Below, piece after piece: positions 20,491-30,201 of a DNA stretch of 58,296 bases. The DNA is taken from IMG/VR virus record IMGVR_UViG_3300042889_002114, positions 1-58,296 of that record; one strand, given 5' to 3'. This DNA comes from a virus (lineage: Duplodnaviria; Caudoviricetes). Both the position numbers and the translations under genes were made by a program. Below the pieces are notes generated by a model. That model ran no database searches. It saw nothing but the letters and a program-made list of their open reading frames with translations, and was not told the origin of the DNA. The stretch's first letter is position 1, and the number at the start of each line of letters is the position of its first letter.

Positions 20491-21445
20491 GGATTACGTC
20501 CTAAGCGTCATCGTCAAGGATCACCACATCGACGAATACAACCACGAGGGTTCTACCTTTGTGGAGGGTCGCAAGGGTAGTGACTTTGAGCTCTCGTTCA
20601 AGAACGCCAGCAAGGGCAGGGTTCTTGTCGTACCGAGTGTGGATGGATTGAGTCCTTTGGATGGCCTTGCGGCTGGTCCAGAGAGCCGAGGCTATGTGGT
20701 GGCCGCCGGCGCAACTCTAATCATTCCGGGCTGGACCTTCAATGATGAACAAGTGGCCAGGTTCATGTTCGAGAACAAGGATAAAAGCTACGGTAGTCAT
20801 ACCGAGGGTGGTACTGCGAACAGCGGAGTTGTTGGCGTTCTGGTCTATGCTGAAAAGCAAGAAGAGAAGCCCAAAGAAATCCACCATCATCACACTACCA
20901 TCGTTCAGCCGCCGGCTAGGATTCTACCAGTCTATCCCTCACCGATCTGGCCGCATTATCCCTACAATGGCTCACCAGTCTGGTATGGGAGTCAACCAGT
21001 AGGAACCTGTGCGGCCGGACAAGCTGGAAGTCTCACAGCTAGTTCTATCCGATCCATGCGAGATTCTGCAACCACCTCACACATGAGTGGCACAGCCATA
21101 CCTACCAGCAATGTGGTATCTCAGGATGCTATCTTTAGTAGTCAGGTTAGCGACACGCTTGCTCGTTATGGAGCAAAGGGAGAGCCACTGAGTAAAGAGG
21201 AATTCGAAGGCTCTGATGAAGCCTTTGGTCTCGGCACCGGTTGGGGTGAAAAAGTGGATTTCAAGATCAACCACGTCACATTCAACCGTGGTGACTTAGT
21301 TGCTCAGATGTTGATCTATTACGACACGCGTCGTAATCTAGAGAAACGTGGGATCGTCATCCGTCCACAACGAGCCTTACCTGAAGAGCTGCCACAAGCC
21401 TTTGTGGGGTTGGGTTGCAAGCCCCCGCCGGGCTGGACTGGCTAA
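20480..21445 (+). CDS. hypothetical protein (frequent vWA partner type)
   Basis: Probable start MRSKDY at 20480, overlapping the vWA stop. Confidence 0.65.
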   Translation: MRSKDYVLSVIVKDHHIDEYNHEGSTFVEGRKGSDFELSFKNASKGRVLVVPSVDGLSPLDGLAAGPESRGYVVAAGATLIIPGWTFNDEQVARFMFENKDKSYGSHTEGGTANSGVVGVLVYAEKQEEKPKEIHHHHTTIVQPPARILPVYPSPIWPHYPYNGSPVWYGSQPVGTCAAGQAGSLTASSIRSMRDSATTSHMSGTAIPTSNVVSQDAIFSSQVSDTLARYGAKGEPLSKEEFEGSDEAFGLGTGWGEKVDFKINHVTFNRGDLVAQMLIYYDTRRNLEKRGIVIRPQRALPEELPQAFVGLGCKPPPGWTG

Positions 21446-21513
21446 ACTCTGAATTGACAAACTGGACATCATGAGTGCAGACTGGGAGGAGTAAAAACTT
21501 CCCAGTCTGTGCC

Positions 21514-21759
21514 ATGATACCACCTCCGTTTTCTCTAAATCCCAGTGATTCCAACTTAGTAGCGCTCGCGGTTGATTTCTATATCAGCAACATTGGTGAC
21601 TTGACTCCTGACCAATATACAAAGCTGGAATCACTATTGATGTTGTTTGATGACTATCTCGATGCCCATGAAGACAAAGTCGTTGAAAAGCAACATGAAA
21701 AGATCCTGGAAACTCAGGGTAATCTTATCAGGGTAGACTTTGGTGAGAATTTAGATTGA
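21514..21759 (+). CDS. hypothetical protein
   Basis: ORF ending in an NLIRVDF motif. Confidence 0.5.
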   Translation: MIPPPFSLNPSDSNLVALAVDFYISNIGDLTPDQYTKLESLLMLFDDYLDAHEDKVVEKQHEKILETQGNLIRVDFGENLD

Positions 21760-21820
21760 CATGAGTGCCAATCCGTTACACTAACGACTCCTAGGACTTA
21801 ACCCTACGGAGAAATGTGAA

Positions 21821-22531
21821 ATGAAGCGGAGTCAACGGATCACGCTGACGATGCTGGCCACGGTGAGTATGGTCAGTATGGTCGCAGCATGTGATGATCA
21901 ACCACAGACCAAGGCACCGGCGGCTCAGGATGTGGCGGTCACCAGTGCGGTGTACAGCAATCTCACTGAATGCAAGGCCGACGGCAACACTGACGAGGCC
22001 TGTAACGCGCTGGTGAACCTGGTCAGCACGGCCCCGCAATTCACTTCGCAGCAATCCTGTGAAGCGCAGTTCGGTCCGGCGGCATGTACGCCCCGCACTG
22101 ACAGTTCGGGCAACAGCTTCTTTGGCCCGATGATGATGGGCTACATGCTGGGAAGCATCGGCAACGGCGGTGGTTACGACTACGATCGTGACTATAATCG
22201 CTACCGCAACTCGTCCTACTACAACCGGGACCGTGAGCGCACCCGTTCGGGTTATTACGCCGGCGGCGGTGGTGCTCGCGCCGTTCCCAACAGTGGCCGC
22301 TATTCGCAGGCCAACCCGGCACCCTCGGCACCCCGCAGCGTTCCTGTCACTCCGCCGGCTTCGGTACGTGGCGGCTTCAACAGCACCTCTGACAAAGCGG
22401 TCCTGAACCGCACCACGTCGCCCCGGGCGATCAACGCTGGTCAGTCGGCTCCTCGTTCCACTGCTTCGCGCGGCAACAGCTCGCGTGGTGGTTTCGGTGG
22501 CAGCTCGCGCGGCTTCGGCGGTGGCGGCTGA
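21821..22531 (+). CDS. DUF1190 (YgiB/YjfM-like) lipoprotein
   Basis: MKRS..I.L signal, lipobox AAC, CEAQFG...C...FFGPMMMGYMLG, RGGFG tail. Confidence 0.85.
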   Translation: MKRSQRITLTMLATVSMVSMVAACDDQPQTKAPAAQDVAVTSAVYSNLTECKADGNTDEACNALVNLVSTAPQFTSQQSCEAQFGPAACTPRTDSSGNSFFGPMMMGYMLGSIGNGGGYDYDRDYNRYRNSSYYNRDRERTRSGYYAGGGGARAVPNSGRYSQANPAPSAPRSVPVTPPASVRGGFNSTSDKAVLNRTTSPRAINAGQSAPRSTASRGNSSRGGFGGSSRGFGGGG

Positions 22532-22956
22532 TGATTCGCAGGTTATACGTTCTGGCGGGGGCTCTGGCCCTCGCTGCCTGCGGACCCTCTGAACCCGCAC
22601 CCGCGTCGGTTACGATTCCTCCGGCTACCACAACGCAGAACGCCGCCGGCTCCACCGTGGCTTGTGTGAACGGTGGAGAAGTGGGTATCTCTTCCTACGG
22701 CGAGCTACTGTCTCCCTACAGAGAAAAACTGCTCACTCCGGCAGCGCAGGCTCAGGGCATCAAGGTGTTCCGCAACGCCTGGACCGAGAACCAATACGGC
22801 AGCATCACGCTTACCTATTGGGATGGTACGGGGCAATGTTTTCTTTGGGGAGAAACATTGACAATTCAGGAATATAGCGTAAGATTAGGAATGAGCCCGG
22901 TTGGGATCAGCCCGTTTTACGAAGCCGATACGTCGGCACCTGCAGGAGGAAACTAA
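22531..22956 (+). CDS. putative lipoprotein
   Basis: LALAAC lipobox. Confidence 0.65.
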   Translation: MIRRLYVLAGALALAACGPSEPAPASVTIPPATTTQNAAGSTVACVNGGEVGISSYGELLSPYREKLLTPAAQAQGIKVFRNAWTENQYGSITLTYWDGTGQCFLWGETLTIQEYSVRLGMSPVGISPFYEADTSAPAGGN

Positions 22957-24171
22957 ATGGAACGCATCAGCGTAACGCGACGTCCGGACTGGAAAAAGAA
23001 GTGCGAGGAAATCGGCTTCACTTTCCACACCATCGACACCGAGGTTCCCGTTGATGCCTCCAAGGGCGAGGCCGGTGGCACTGAACTGGTGCCGCTTCCC
23101 TATTGGGATGAAGACCACGCCTACAAGTTCACCTCCCTGGAGATCGACACCATCGAGGAAGCCAGCCAAACGCTGTACCGTCTCTGTCTCGCGGCCGTCC
23201 AGCACGTCATCGACAACAACCTGCAGGGCAAACTCGGTATCCCACCACAGTTTCACGACGTCGTGAAGCGTAGCTGGGAGAATCAGGACCTCGATATGTA
23301 CGGTCGGTTCGACCTCGCCTTCGACGCCCAGGGCGTTCCGAAGATGCTGGAATTCAACGCCGACACGCCCACCTCCCTCTATGAGGCCGGTGCCGTTCAG
23401 TGGTTCTGGCTCGAAGACCACATGCGGGCCAACAACATCTCGCTGGATCAGTTCAACTCCATCCAGGAAAAGCTGGAATGTGTTCTGAAGGATATCGGCT
23501 CCAAGTATATGGGTGGTGCAAGCCAGAAAATGTACTTCGCCTGCGTGGCCAACAACACCGAGGACCGCGTGACTGCCGACTATCTGCAGGACATCGCTCA
23601 GCAGGTGGGCATTAACACTGCCCATATCGATATGGAAGACATCGGTTGGAACGGCGAGGTCTTCACCGACCTTGACGAACAGCCCATCACAACCATCTTC
23701 AAGCTCTATCCCTGGGAATGGATGATCGCCGACGAGTTCGGTGCGAACATGATCAAGGCGCCCTGGGACGTCGTGGAGCCGGCCTGGAAGCTCATCCTGA
23801 GCAACAAGGGCATCCTCCCTATCCTGTGGGAGCTCTTCCCCAATCACCCCAACCTGCTTCCCACCTATTGGGACTCGTCCAAGCTGGGCGGTGACTATGT
23901 GGAGAAGCCCATGTTCTCCCGCGAAGGTGCCGACGTGGTCATCGTGAAGAACGGTGTGGTGCAGAACACGGTGCTGAATCGCGGCTATGGTCGCGAGGGA
24001 CACATCTACCAAGCCTACCTTCCCCTGCAAAAGTTTGATGGTATGACGCCCATCCTGGGCAGCTGGATCGTTGGTGGCAAATCCTGTGGCATGGGTATCC
24101 GTGAGGATGTCAACGAGGTCACCGGCAACACGTCTCGGTTCCTTCCCCACTTCTTTACCCCCGAGGCATAA
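22957..24171 (+). CDS. glutathionylspermidine synthase family ATP-grasp protein (YgiC/YjfC-like)
   Basis: YGRFD, EFNADTPTSLYE, FKLYPWEW, EPAWKLILSNKG, KPMFSREG, GIRED. Confidence 0.93.
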   Translation: MERISVTRRPDWKKKCEEIGFTFHTIDTEVPVDASKGEAGGTELVPLPYWDEDHAYKFTSLEIDTIEEASQTLYRLCLAAVQHVIDNNLQGKLGIPPQFHDVVKRSWENQDLDMYGRFDLAFDAQGVPKMLEFNADTPTSLYEAGAVQWFWLEDHMRANNISLDQFNSIQEKLECVLKDIGSKYMGGASQKMYFACVANNTEDRVTADYLQDIAQQVGINTAHIDMEDIGWNGEVFTDLDEQPITTIFKLYPWEWMIADEFGANMIKAPWDVVEPAWKLILSNKGILPILWELFPNHPNLLPTYWDSSKLGGDYVEKPMFSREGADVVIVKNGVVQNTVLNRGYGREGHIYQAYLPLQKFDGMTPILGSWIVGGKSCGMGIREDVNEVTGNTSRFLPHFFTPEA

Positions 24172-24236
24172 CAGATTGGGGGCCAGCTCAAGGGAGTGGC
24201 TGGCCCCCATTAATCAACTCCCAGGAGATCGCATAA

Positions 24237-24641
24237 ATGTTTGACTACTTCATCGCGGCCGCGCCGCACACCCTGCTCTATCTCGCCGTCACCCTGACTC
24301 TGGTCCTGGGTTTCCTCGCCGCCTACACGCTGGTCACTCCTCTGAATGAGTTCAAGCTCATCCAGGAAGGCAAACTCGCGCCGGCGGTCTCGCTGATCGG
24401 AGCCCTGCTGGGCTTTGTGATTCCTCTGAGTGCTGTGGTCACCCACAGTGAAAACATCCTCGATGTTACGCTCTGGGGTGCCCTTGTGCTCGCGGTGCAG
24501 ATCGCTGTGTTCTTCGTTGCCAATGCAATCCTGGGCCGCACGGCTGTTAAGATTGCCGATAACTGTCTGTCCACGGCGGCCTTCACGGGTGGCCTGGGTC
24601 TCGCGGTCGGCATCCTGATGGCGGGTTGCCTGGTTCCTTAA
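24237..24641 (+). CDS. DUF350 (YjfL-like) membrane protein
   Basis: Four TM helices; TP.NE..LI..G..A.A.SL.GALLG pattern. Confidence 0.85.
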   Translation: MFDYFIAAAPHTLLYLAVTLTLVLGFLAAYTLVTPLNEFKLIQEGKLAPAVSLIGALLGFVIPLSAVVTHSENILDVTLWGALVLAVQIAVFFVANAILGRTAVKIADNCLSTAAFTGGLGLAVGILMAGCLVP

Positions 24642-24644
24642 GAC

Positions 24645-24674
24645 TTGACACCAAGCACCACGCTATGGTATGTT
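24645..24674 (+). promoter_or_regulatory. sigma70-like promoter
   Basis: TTGACA-18nt-TATGTT. Confidence 0.5.
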
Positions 24675-24679
24675 GAGTG

Positions 24680-25330
24680 ATGCTGGTGGGGAGGTTGATT
24701 CCTCCCCATCGGTACTAAAGTTTTGTCTGTCCCCGAAGCCCTCCACCGTCCAGGTACCTTTAGGACACGGAGAGCAGGCCAATACTGGAGCCCAACAGGT
24801 GGCAAGGTATGGGAGGTGGATCGTTGGGAAGCATCTATACTTGCTCGACGATGAAGCAGCCAGCACGTTGTAGATCGCGCACGGTCAGACAAATTCAAAA
24901 CCCAACCCTACCCTTATACGGTTGGCGCGGGCTTCCCCAGCCAGGGAAAGGCTAAGTGATGGCCAGATATCACGGATTGACGCGGGACGATGGCATGGTG
25001 ACCGCAGCTTGGCAAAGTGAGCTATATCACTAAGCGTGAGCGCAACGTATTGGCGTGGCGAATGTGGGCGTGTAGGCAGACCACCAGTTTGTGAGTGTAG
25101 TAGGATAACGCATCAGAGGCTAGACTAGCTGGTCGAGGCCTAGGTTAAACGGATCTGTACTGTTAAAAACTCTCAAGTGAGATCCCCTGGGGTCTCCGGT
25201 TTGTGGGTGAAGTAAAGAGGATACAGGAGTTCAGGAATGAAGCAGATTGCCTGGACCAAGAGATACTCGGATCTGTAAAAACCCTCAGGGACGTGGAACC
25301 GTGCCCTTAAGTTGGCTACAACGGTTCACT
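24680..25330 (+). ncRNA. candidate large structured ncRNA (~650 nt)
   Basis: No credible ORF; 5' hairpin TGGGGAGG/CCTCCCCA, 3' stem GAACCGT/ACGGTTC. Confidence 0.45.
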
Positions 25331-25347
25331 TTATTCTAAAAGAGTGG

Positions 25348-25376
25348 TTGACGCTATCCAGCTTCCACTCTATGTT
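25348..25376 (+). promoter_or_regulatory. sigma70-like promoter
   Basis: TTGACG-17nt-TATGTT. Confidence 0.55.
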
Positions 25377-25386
25377 GTGAATGAGA

Positions 25387-25441
25387 CGACGATAGGGACC
25401 CGGCAATAGGCGGCAAGCCGACGATAGGGACCCGGCAATAG
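25387..25441 (+). repeat. 23-bp direct repeat, two copies
   Basis: CGACGATAGGGACCCGGCAATAG at 25387 and 25419. Confidence 0.9.
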
Positions 25442-25715
25442 TCTTGGGGAGAGGCTCAGTAGAAACCCACCGGGTAACTGCAATCGCCTCTCTCCCACCG
25501 ATTCGTCCTTAGGGACAAAGAGTTTAGGGACCGGGATGGCCGGCTAAAGGGTTCAAGTCCTGATTCCCTAAAGAAACGGAGTGGACCCGCTGGCGGCGGC
25601 TAGTCCCTCACTTTCCGGCCATTCCCGTGGCCAGCGGACGAGGCACTGCTCTTGTCTAAGGCGCTGATGAAGCGTCACGGGACTCATAGGGGTCGAGCGA
25701 AACCTCCCCCTCACT

Positions 25716-25757
25716 GGCCTCCGGATAGCTTCCTCCTTGCTATCCGGAGGTCCTTTT
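25716..25757 (+). terminator. rho-independent terminator
   Basis: CCTCCGGATAGC/GCTATCCGGAGG followed by a T run. Confidence 0.75.
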
Positions 25758-25793
25758 CGTTTGACATTGGTGCTATTCCTGCTAGGATTGGGT

Positions 25794-26393
25794 ATGACTC
25801 AAATACCCATTGGCGCCATGGTTGACGTACGGTTTCCAAGTGATGCCCGCGCATTTCGATATGGATATTTCCTTGGCTTGGATGATCACTTCCAAGGATT
25901 TCTGTTCTGCGTGGATGGGTTGAGTGATCACCCAATCTGTAGCTACAAGATGTCAGCTTTTGAGATCCGTGGCTCCCGTGGTATTAAGCCAAAGACGCTC
26001 ACTGTGGGTGACAAGCTCATCCGTGCAATACAGGGTAAACGCGATCCCATGGACCTCTACGAGTCCACCACGTGGCCCGTTGACATGGAGATGGCGGCTC
26101 CCGAGGATTGGACCAATAACTTCGCTATGGGTGAGAAAGTCTACATCACCTGCAGGGGAAGCCGTGAGCGCGTGACCGTGGTGACATGCTTCAGAGACTA
26201 CGTGGCCTTCCGTTGGCCTGTGGGTACTTTGGATTGCCGCCCAGCTCATGAGGTCTCCTCGGAACATGGTGAGATCAACACCGACATCATGCTTCGCATT
26301 CAAGACATCACCAGGGAATGGGGGGAAGGCAATTCTGCTTCCCCCGCATTGTCAGCCGCGGCCGTGTCCGCGATCAGGAAGGCTCTCAAATGA
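25794..26393 (+). CDS. hypothetical protein
   Basis: Probable ATG at 25794 after a TTGACA promoter. Confidence 0.6.
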   Translation: MTQIPIGAMVDVRFPSDARAFRYGYFLGLDDHFQGFLFCVDGLSDHPICSYKMSAFEIRGSRGIKPKTLTVGDKLIRAIQGKRDPMDLYESTTWPVDMEMAAPEDWTNNFAMGEKVYITCRGSRERVTVVTCFRDYVAFRWPVGTLDCRPAHEVSSEHGEINTDIMLRIQDITREWGEGNSASPALSAAAVSAIRKALK

Positions 26394-27889
26394 ACAGACT
26401 TCAAAAAGGCACTTGGGTCAAGGTTCCCAAGGGTACCAAACTGCTCAACCATAGCGGCGAATACGAGGGTGAGACCTCTCGTGATGTTGTCGTGGAGGTC
26501 AAGGACACCAACTGGGTGAATTGGGCTGACAACGGACGATGGCTCACTATGATGGGCTACGCAGAACCGGATTATTGGGCCGCCCAACGCGCGGCCTATG
26601 GTGCTCGGAATACCGATGCCAAGCCCTTCATGGATAAAATCGCAGCCAAGATGGGCGTGAAGTCTCTGGAAAGCTTTAGCTGGTCTGACAAGACTACATT
26701 TGTGGAATTCTTGGAAGTGGTGCCCGCCCCGCCGCCAAAGAAAAAGTCAGAACCCAAGATCAACAAGAAGCAGCAGATGGTTCCCAAATCTAAGTGGAAG
26801 GTCACCAAAGATTTGGACCTTGCGATTGATATACCCAACACCGCCGTCGAATCAGCAATGGCCGCATGGGATCGTGCCCACAAGTCTACATGGCCCAACA
26901 CCTACACCCCAGGCGGCAAAGCCGCCTACGATGCTCACTTCAAGGCTCGTGATGCTGAGCGTGATCGTCTCAACGCCACGCTAGGTGAATTTTCTTCCCG
27001 CCCAATTCGCTCACTCAAAGCCGGGGAGGTATTTGAGGTAATGGGTAAATGGTCCACCTATTGTCCCTACAACTACTCAGTGCGTGGTGAGAGCTGGGTG
27101 GATGTTCAGTTCGACGGTGCCACTAAGACGCTGGCGATTCCCTACAAATCGGTGGAACCCGTGATCGAAGTTGAGAGCATTCCCACCGTGGACGTGTTCG
27201 TTATCCGCCAAAAGAGCACCGGGCTGTTCTACAAGGCTTATGACTGGGGTGCCTATCACGACAACGGTGACCACAAGGTGGAGTACGCTGACTCCTTCAT
27301 GAAAGCCAAGCAATACGACGGTGTGAGTCGGGCCAAATCTAGCGTGTTGGAACTCTCGGGTTACTACGCTGGTTTGCCCGGCAGTGAGAACCTGCCGGAA
27401 TGGATGGGTCATGGCAAGGTAGTCACGTTCACTGACGACTACGAGTTCGTGAAGTTTGACAAGTTAGGCCGCAAGGAAGTCGAGACTATCGACCTCTGGT
27501 CTTGGTTCCAGCGCGCCTGGGAGCTCAGGAAGCTCACCGTGGCGTTCGGCTCCAGTGTCCGCACTGTTTACAATGATCTGGATAAGCGAGGCGAGCTGGA
27601 CGAACAGAAGGGACTCTTGGTGTTCAAGGCTCCTGATGAACAAGACCAAGACTGGCGCACGGTTAATGACAAGAGTGTGTTCACCCCCGAACAACAGAAG
27701 AGCGTTGATGACCTTGTGAGCGCACTGAACCTCAAGCGTGGTAGCTTCCGTAAGGCACAGGACTTCCGCAGTTTCTCGATGTCCTTTAAGGACAAGGGTG
27801 CGGCGATGATTGCCAAACTGACCTACGGTGGCAACCTGAAGATGCACGTTTTGGATCTCGAGACCCTCAAGGAAGTCGCCGAGGGTTGA
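26390..27889 (+). CDS. hypothetical protein (~499 aa)
   Basis: ATGA overlap with the upstream stop; long ORF. Confidence 0.75.
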   Translation: MNRLQKGTWVKVPKGTKLLNHSGEYEGETSRDVVVEVKDTNWVNWADNGRWLTMMGYAEPDYWAAQRAAYGARNTDAKPFMDKIAAKMGVKSLESFSWSDKTTFVEFLEVVPAPPPKKKSEPKINKKQQMVPKSKWKVTKDLDLAIDIPNTAVESAMAAWDRAHKSTWPNTYTPGGKAAYDAHFKARDAERDRLNATLGEFSSRPIRSLKAGEVFEVMGKWSTYCPYNYSVRGESWVDVQFDGATKTLAIPYKSVEPVIEVESIPTVDVFVIRQKSTGLFYKAYDWGAYHDNGDHKVEYADSFMKAKQYDGVSRAKSSVLELSGYYAGLPGSENLPEWMGHGKVVTFTDDYEFVKFDKLGRKEVETIDLWSWFQRAWELRKLTVAFGSSVRTVYNDLDKRGELDEQKGLLVFKAPDEQDQDWRTVNDKSVFTPEQQKSVDDLVSALNLKRGSFRKAQDFRSFSMSFKDKGAAMIAKLTYGGNLKMHVLDLETLKEVAEG

Positions 27890-27923
27890 CGCTAAATATA
27901 GCTGCACTTAACCGGAGGCAGCT

Positions 27924-28409
27924 ATGCGGGCACACGAATACCTCTTTGAAGCTTCTGACGTGCGCACCACGCTGGAAAAGCTCAGAGATGTAATCGATCA
28001 TCCTGCCACTGAAGCTACCATCCGTGAAGTCGCCCAGCGGAAATACGATCTTCTCTCCAGTCAGATTGTGGATGAAGAGGAAATCAATCTCCCGGTAGTT
28101 AACCGAATCAATATTCCAGTGAATGTTGATGAGGAAATGTTGGACAAACAATTCATTGCCGGTGTGACGATCTACGACATATATCAGAGTCTGTGTGATA
28201 CTCTACCCAGTCCATCATCAATTGAATTTTCACGCATGGGCACCGTCACCATAGTGGTGCCACCGCCGTATCATGGCTATACCAAGCTTGAGTTTGCACA
28301 ACACCTTAGAGCGAACATACCCGGTGTGCGTAGCGTTACTGGTGGAGCCCAAAGGGTAGACAAAATGGGTGAAATGGAGGGCTATATCTTCATCCTCCAT
28401 TACGTCTAG
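27924..28409 (+). CDS. hypothetical late protein
   Basis: TAAATA promoter and GGAGG RBS. Confidence 0.7.
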   Translation: MRAHEYLFEASDVRTTLEKLRDVIDHPATEATIREVAQRKYDLLSSQIVDEEEINLPVVNRINIPVNVDEEMLDKQFIAGVTIYDIYQSLCDTLPSPSSIEFSRMGTVTIVVPPPYHGYTKLEFAQHLRANIPGVRSVTGGAQRVDKMGEMEGYIFILHYV

Positions 28410-28459
28410 GCGTTGACCTACTCTCCACAAGTTTGTAGATAGAAGATAGTTCAAAATTA

Positions 28460-28804
28460 TTGGGTGGGCGCATGGCTATCGCTGGTTACGCAGAAACGAG
28501 TCTGACAGATTCCAAGATCAAAGAGCTGGTTGAAGGCTTGTTGACTCGTCAAGGGTTCGTGACGACATTGGACGTCGAGACCCCAATGGGCCGAAGAAAA
28601 CAAAGAGTTGTGACGGTGGCCTCTCTTGGTCTGGGTATTCGTGCCCAAACCGGCCGTACCCTTTCAAAGTCACAACTGGTTGAACGCCTCGAGAAGGTAG
28701 GGTATGAAACTTTCACCGCATATCGTGGCACCACACCTATGACGGTCGTACTGACCAGCCATAACACTAAGGCGCTCCATAAAGAATTGGAAATGACTGG
28801 TTGA
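28460..28804 (+). CDS. hypothetical protein
   Basis: 114-aa ORF after a TTGACC promoter-like site. Confidence 0.55.
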   Translation: MGGRMAIAGYAETSLTDSKIKELVEGLLTRQGFVTTLDVETPMGRRKQRVVTVASLGLGIRAQTGRTLSKSQLVERLEKVGYETFTAYRGTTPMTVVLTSHNTKALHKELEMTG

Positions 28805-28835
28805 CGTATAGCCAGTTTGTGGTCATACTCCTACT

Positions 28836-29468
28836 ATGACCCATAAAGAACGCTACGCCAAGAAGCTACTCACCCTCCGGAGTCACCTCACAGGGGCTCG
28901 GTACTTCAACGCACTAGCGGCTCTAGAGTTTGCCCTGCGCTACCACGTGGGAACGCGCAAAGATGGTCTCACTCCTGAATTTCAACACCAGGTAGAGATC
29001 GCACTCTATACCCTTACCCTTCCTGATCTGCAATATCGCGAAGAAGCGATCGCAACAATCTTCCTCCACGATGTCAGGGAAGACTACGGGGTCTCCGACG
29101 GAGAGGTCCGTGCGATCTTCGACAACGACGAGTTTGCATCCAGGGTGGCAACTGCCGTGGATGCAATGACCAAGGAGTTTCGAGGGGTCAAGCGCAACGA
29201 GGAAGAGGTCTTTGCTGCCATTGCTGCAGATGCCATCGCGAGCATTGCCAAGGGCGCAGACCGGGTTCACAACCTCAACTCCATGCTGGGTGTGTTCACG
29301 GTGAAGAAGCAGAAGGAATACGTCGAAGAGGTACGGGTGTTCTTCCTACCCATGCTCAAGACAGCCCGCCGCCTCTTTCCCCACCAGGTCAACGCCTACG
29401 AGAATATCAAGTTCGTTCTTGAGACACAACTCGCGATGATCCAGGCCACCTGGCCAGCCGAGAAATAA
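28836..29468 (+). CDS. HD-domain phosphohydrolase, (p)ppGpp hydrolase/Mesh1-like
   Basis: H.GTRKDG.TP...H, LHDVRED, MTK, K.ADR.HNL. Confidence 0.8.
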   Translation: MTHKERYAKKLLTLRSHLTGARYFNALAALEFALRYHVGTRKDGLTPEFQHQVEIALYTLTLPDLQYREEAIATIFLHDVREDYGVSDGEVRAIFDNDEFASRVATAVDAMTKEFRGVKRNEEEVFAAIAADAIASIAKGADRVHNLNSMLGVFTVKKQKEYVEEVRVFFLPMLKTARRLFPHQVNAYENIKFVLETQLAMIQATWPAEK

Positions 29469-29550
29469 ATTTACACCAGAGCGCCACTGAGCTTATGAAT
29501 TAATCTGAGCTCACGAGATACTTGAGATCGAACACCAATGGTGAGATCTC

Positions 29551-30201
29551 ATGAGCTATACTGGACGAGTCCATTATCTGGGCTATTACAACCGCAGTGG
29601 TGACACTGAACATCAGCGCGTCTTCAAGGTTCTAAGCGATAGGCTAGGCGCAGGCCAGCCCATCTACGTTCGTTGGCGTTCCGATGATCGCCGCGAAGGA
29701 AGCGTGGGTCTCCTGAGCAAGTTTGAAGTGGAGGATATCTCCCACTGGTACTCACCGAGGTGGGGTCCCACTACCTCGACCAAGGGTCTGTATTTTCAGA
29801 TCAATGATTGCGAAGTGACCTGGACGGGTCGCCGCAATGTTGTGAAGCCTATGGCACATGAATTGGAGTTCCTAGAAGACTGGGAAGAGGGTTCCGTGTG
29901 GGCTTGGAATACCGCCCCTGCTCAACCCAAGCCTCCCATTCCCACAATCACAGGTCACTTGGGTGAAGAGATCGTCATTGATGATTTCGTGAGCTTCGTG
30001 AGTCGCCGGTATGGCACAGTCAAACTCCACTTCGGAAACGTGGCCCGCATCAACCATAACGGTACGGTTTGGGTCAACACATTGAAACTCCGTGACGATG
30101 ATTCTCCCCAGGAAGTAAAGGTCCATGATCCCGACACAATCGTGAAGATTGGCAAGGACCTCATTGATCGCCTCATGATGGCAAGGTTGGCAGTGCGATG
30201 A
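29551..30201 (+). CDS. hypothetical protein, tandem paralogue 1
   Basis: Shares C-terminal G.EI...DF...FG.V..I...G.VW...KDL.D.LM...L with the next two ORFs. Confidence 0.75.
   Translation: MSYTGRVHYLGYYNRSGDTEHQRVFKVLSDRLGAGQPIYVRWRSDDRREGSVGLLSKFEVEDISHWYSPRWGPTTSTKGLYFQINDCEVTWTGRRNVVKPMAHELEFLEDWEEGSVWAWNTAPAQPKPPIPTITGHLGEEIVIDDFVSFVSRRYGTVKLHFGNVARINHNGTVWVNTLKLRDDDSPQEVKVHDPDTIVKIGKDLIDRLMMARLAVR

Noticed and set aside
22885-24210. Long antisense ORFs (441 aa here, 391 aa at 37091-38266, 269 aa at 21791-22600)
   Set aside because: Shadows of GC-rich sense genes that have clear family motifs.
25387-25441. Mini CRISPR array
   Set aside because: Only two 23-bp repeats with a 9-nt gap, and no cas genes in the window.
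25641-25706. Hammerhead-like CTGATGA...GAAAC with a GAGG/CCTC stem
   Set aside because: The cleavage triplet would be GCA rather than NUH, and stems I and II need several bulges.
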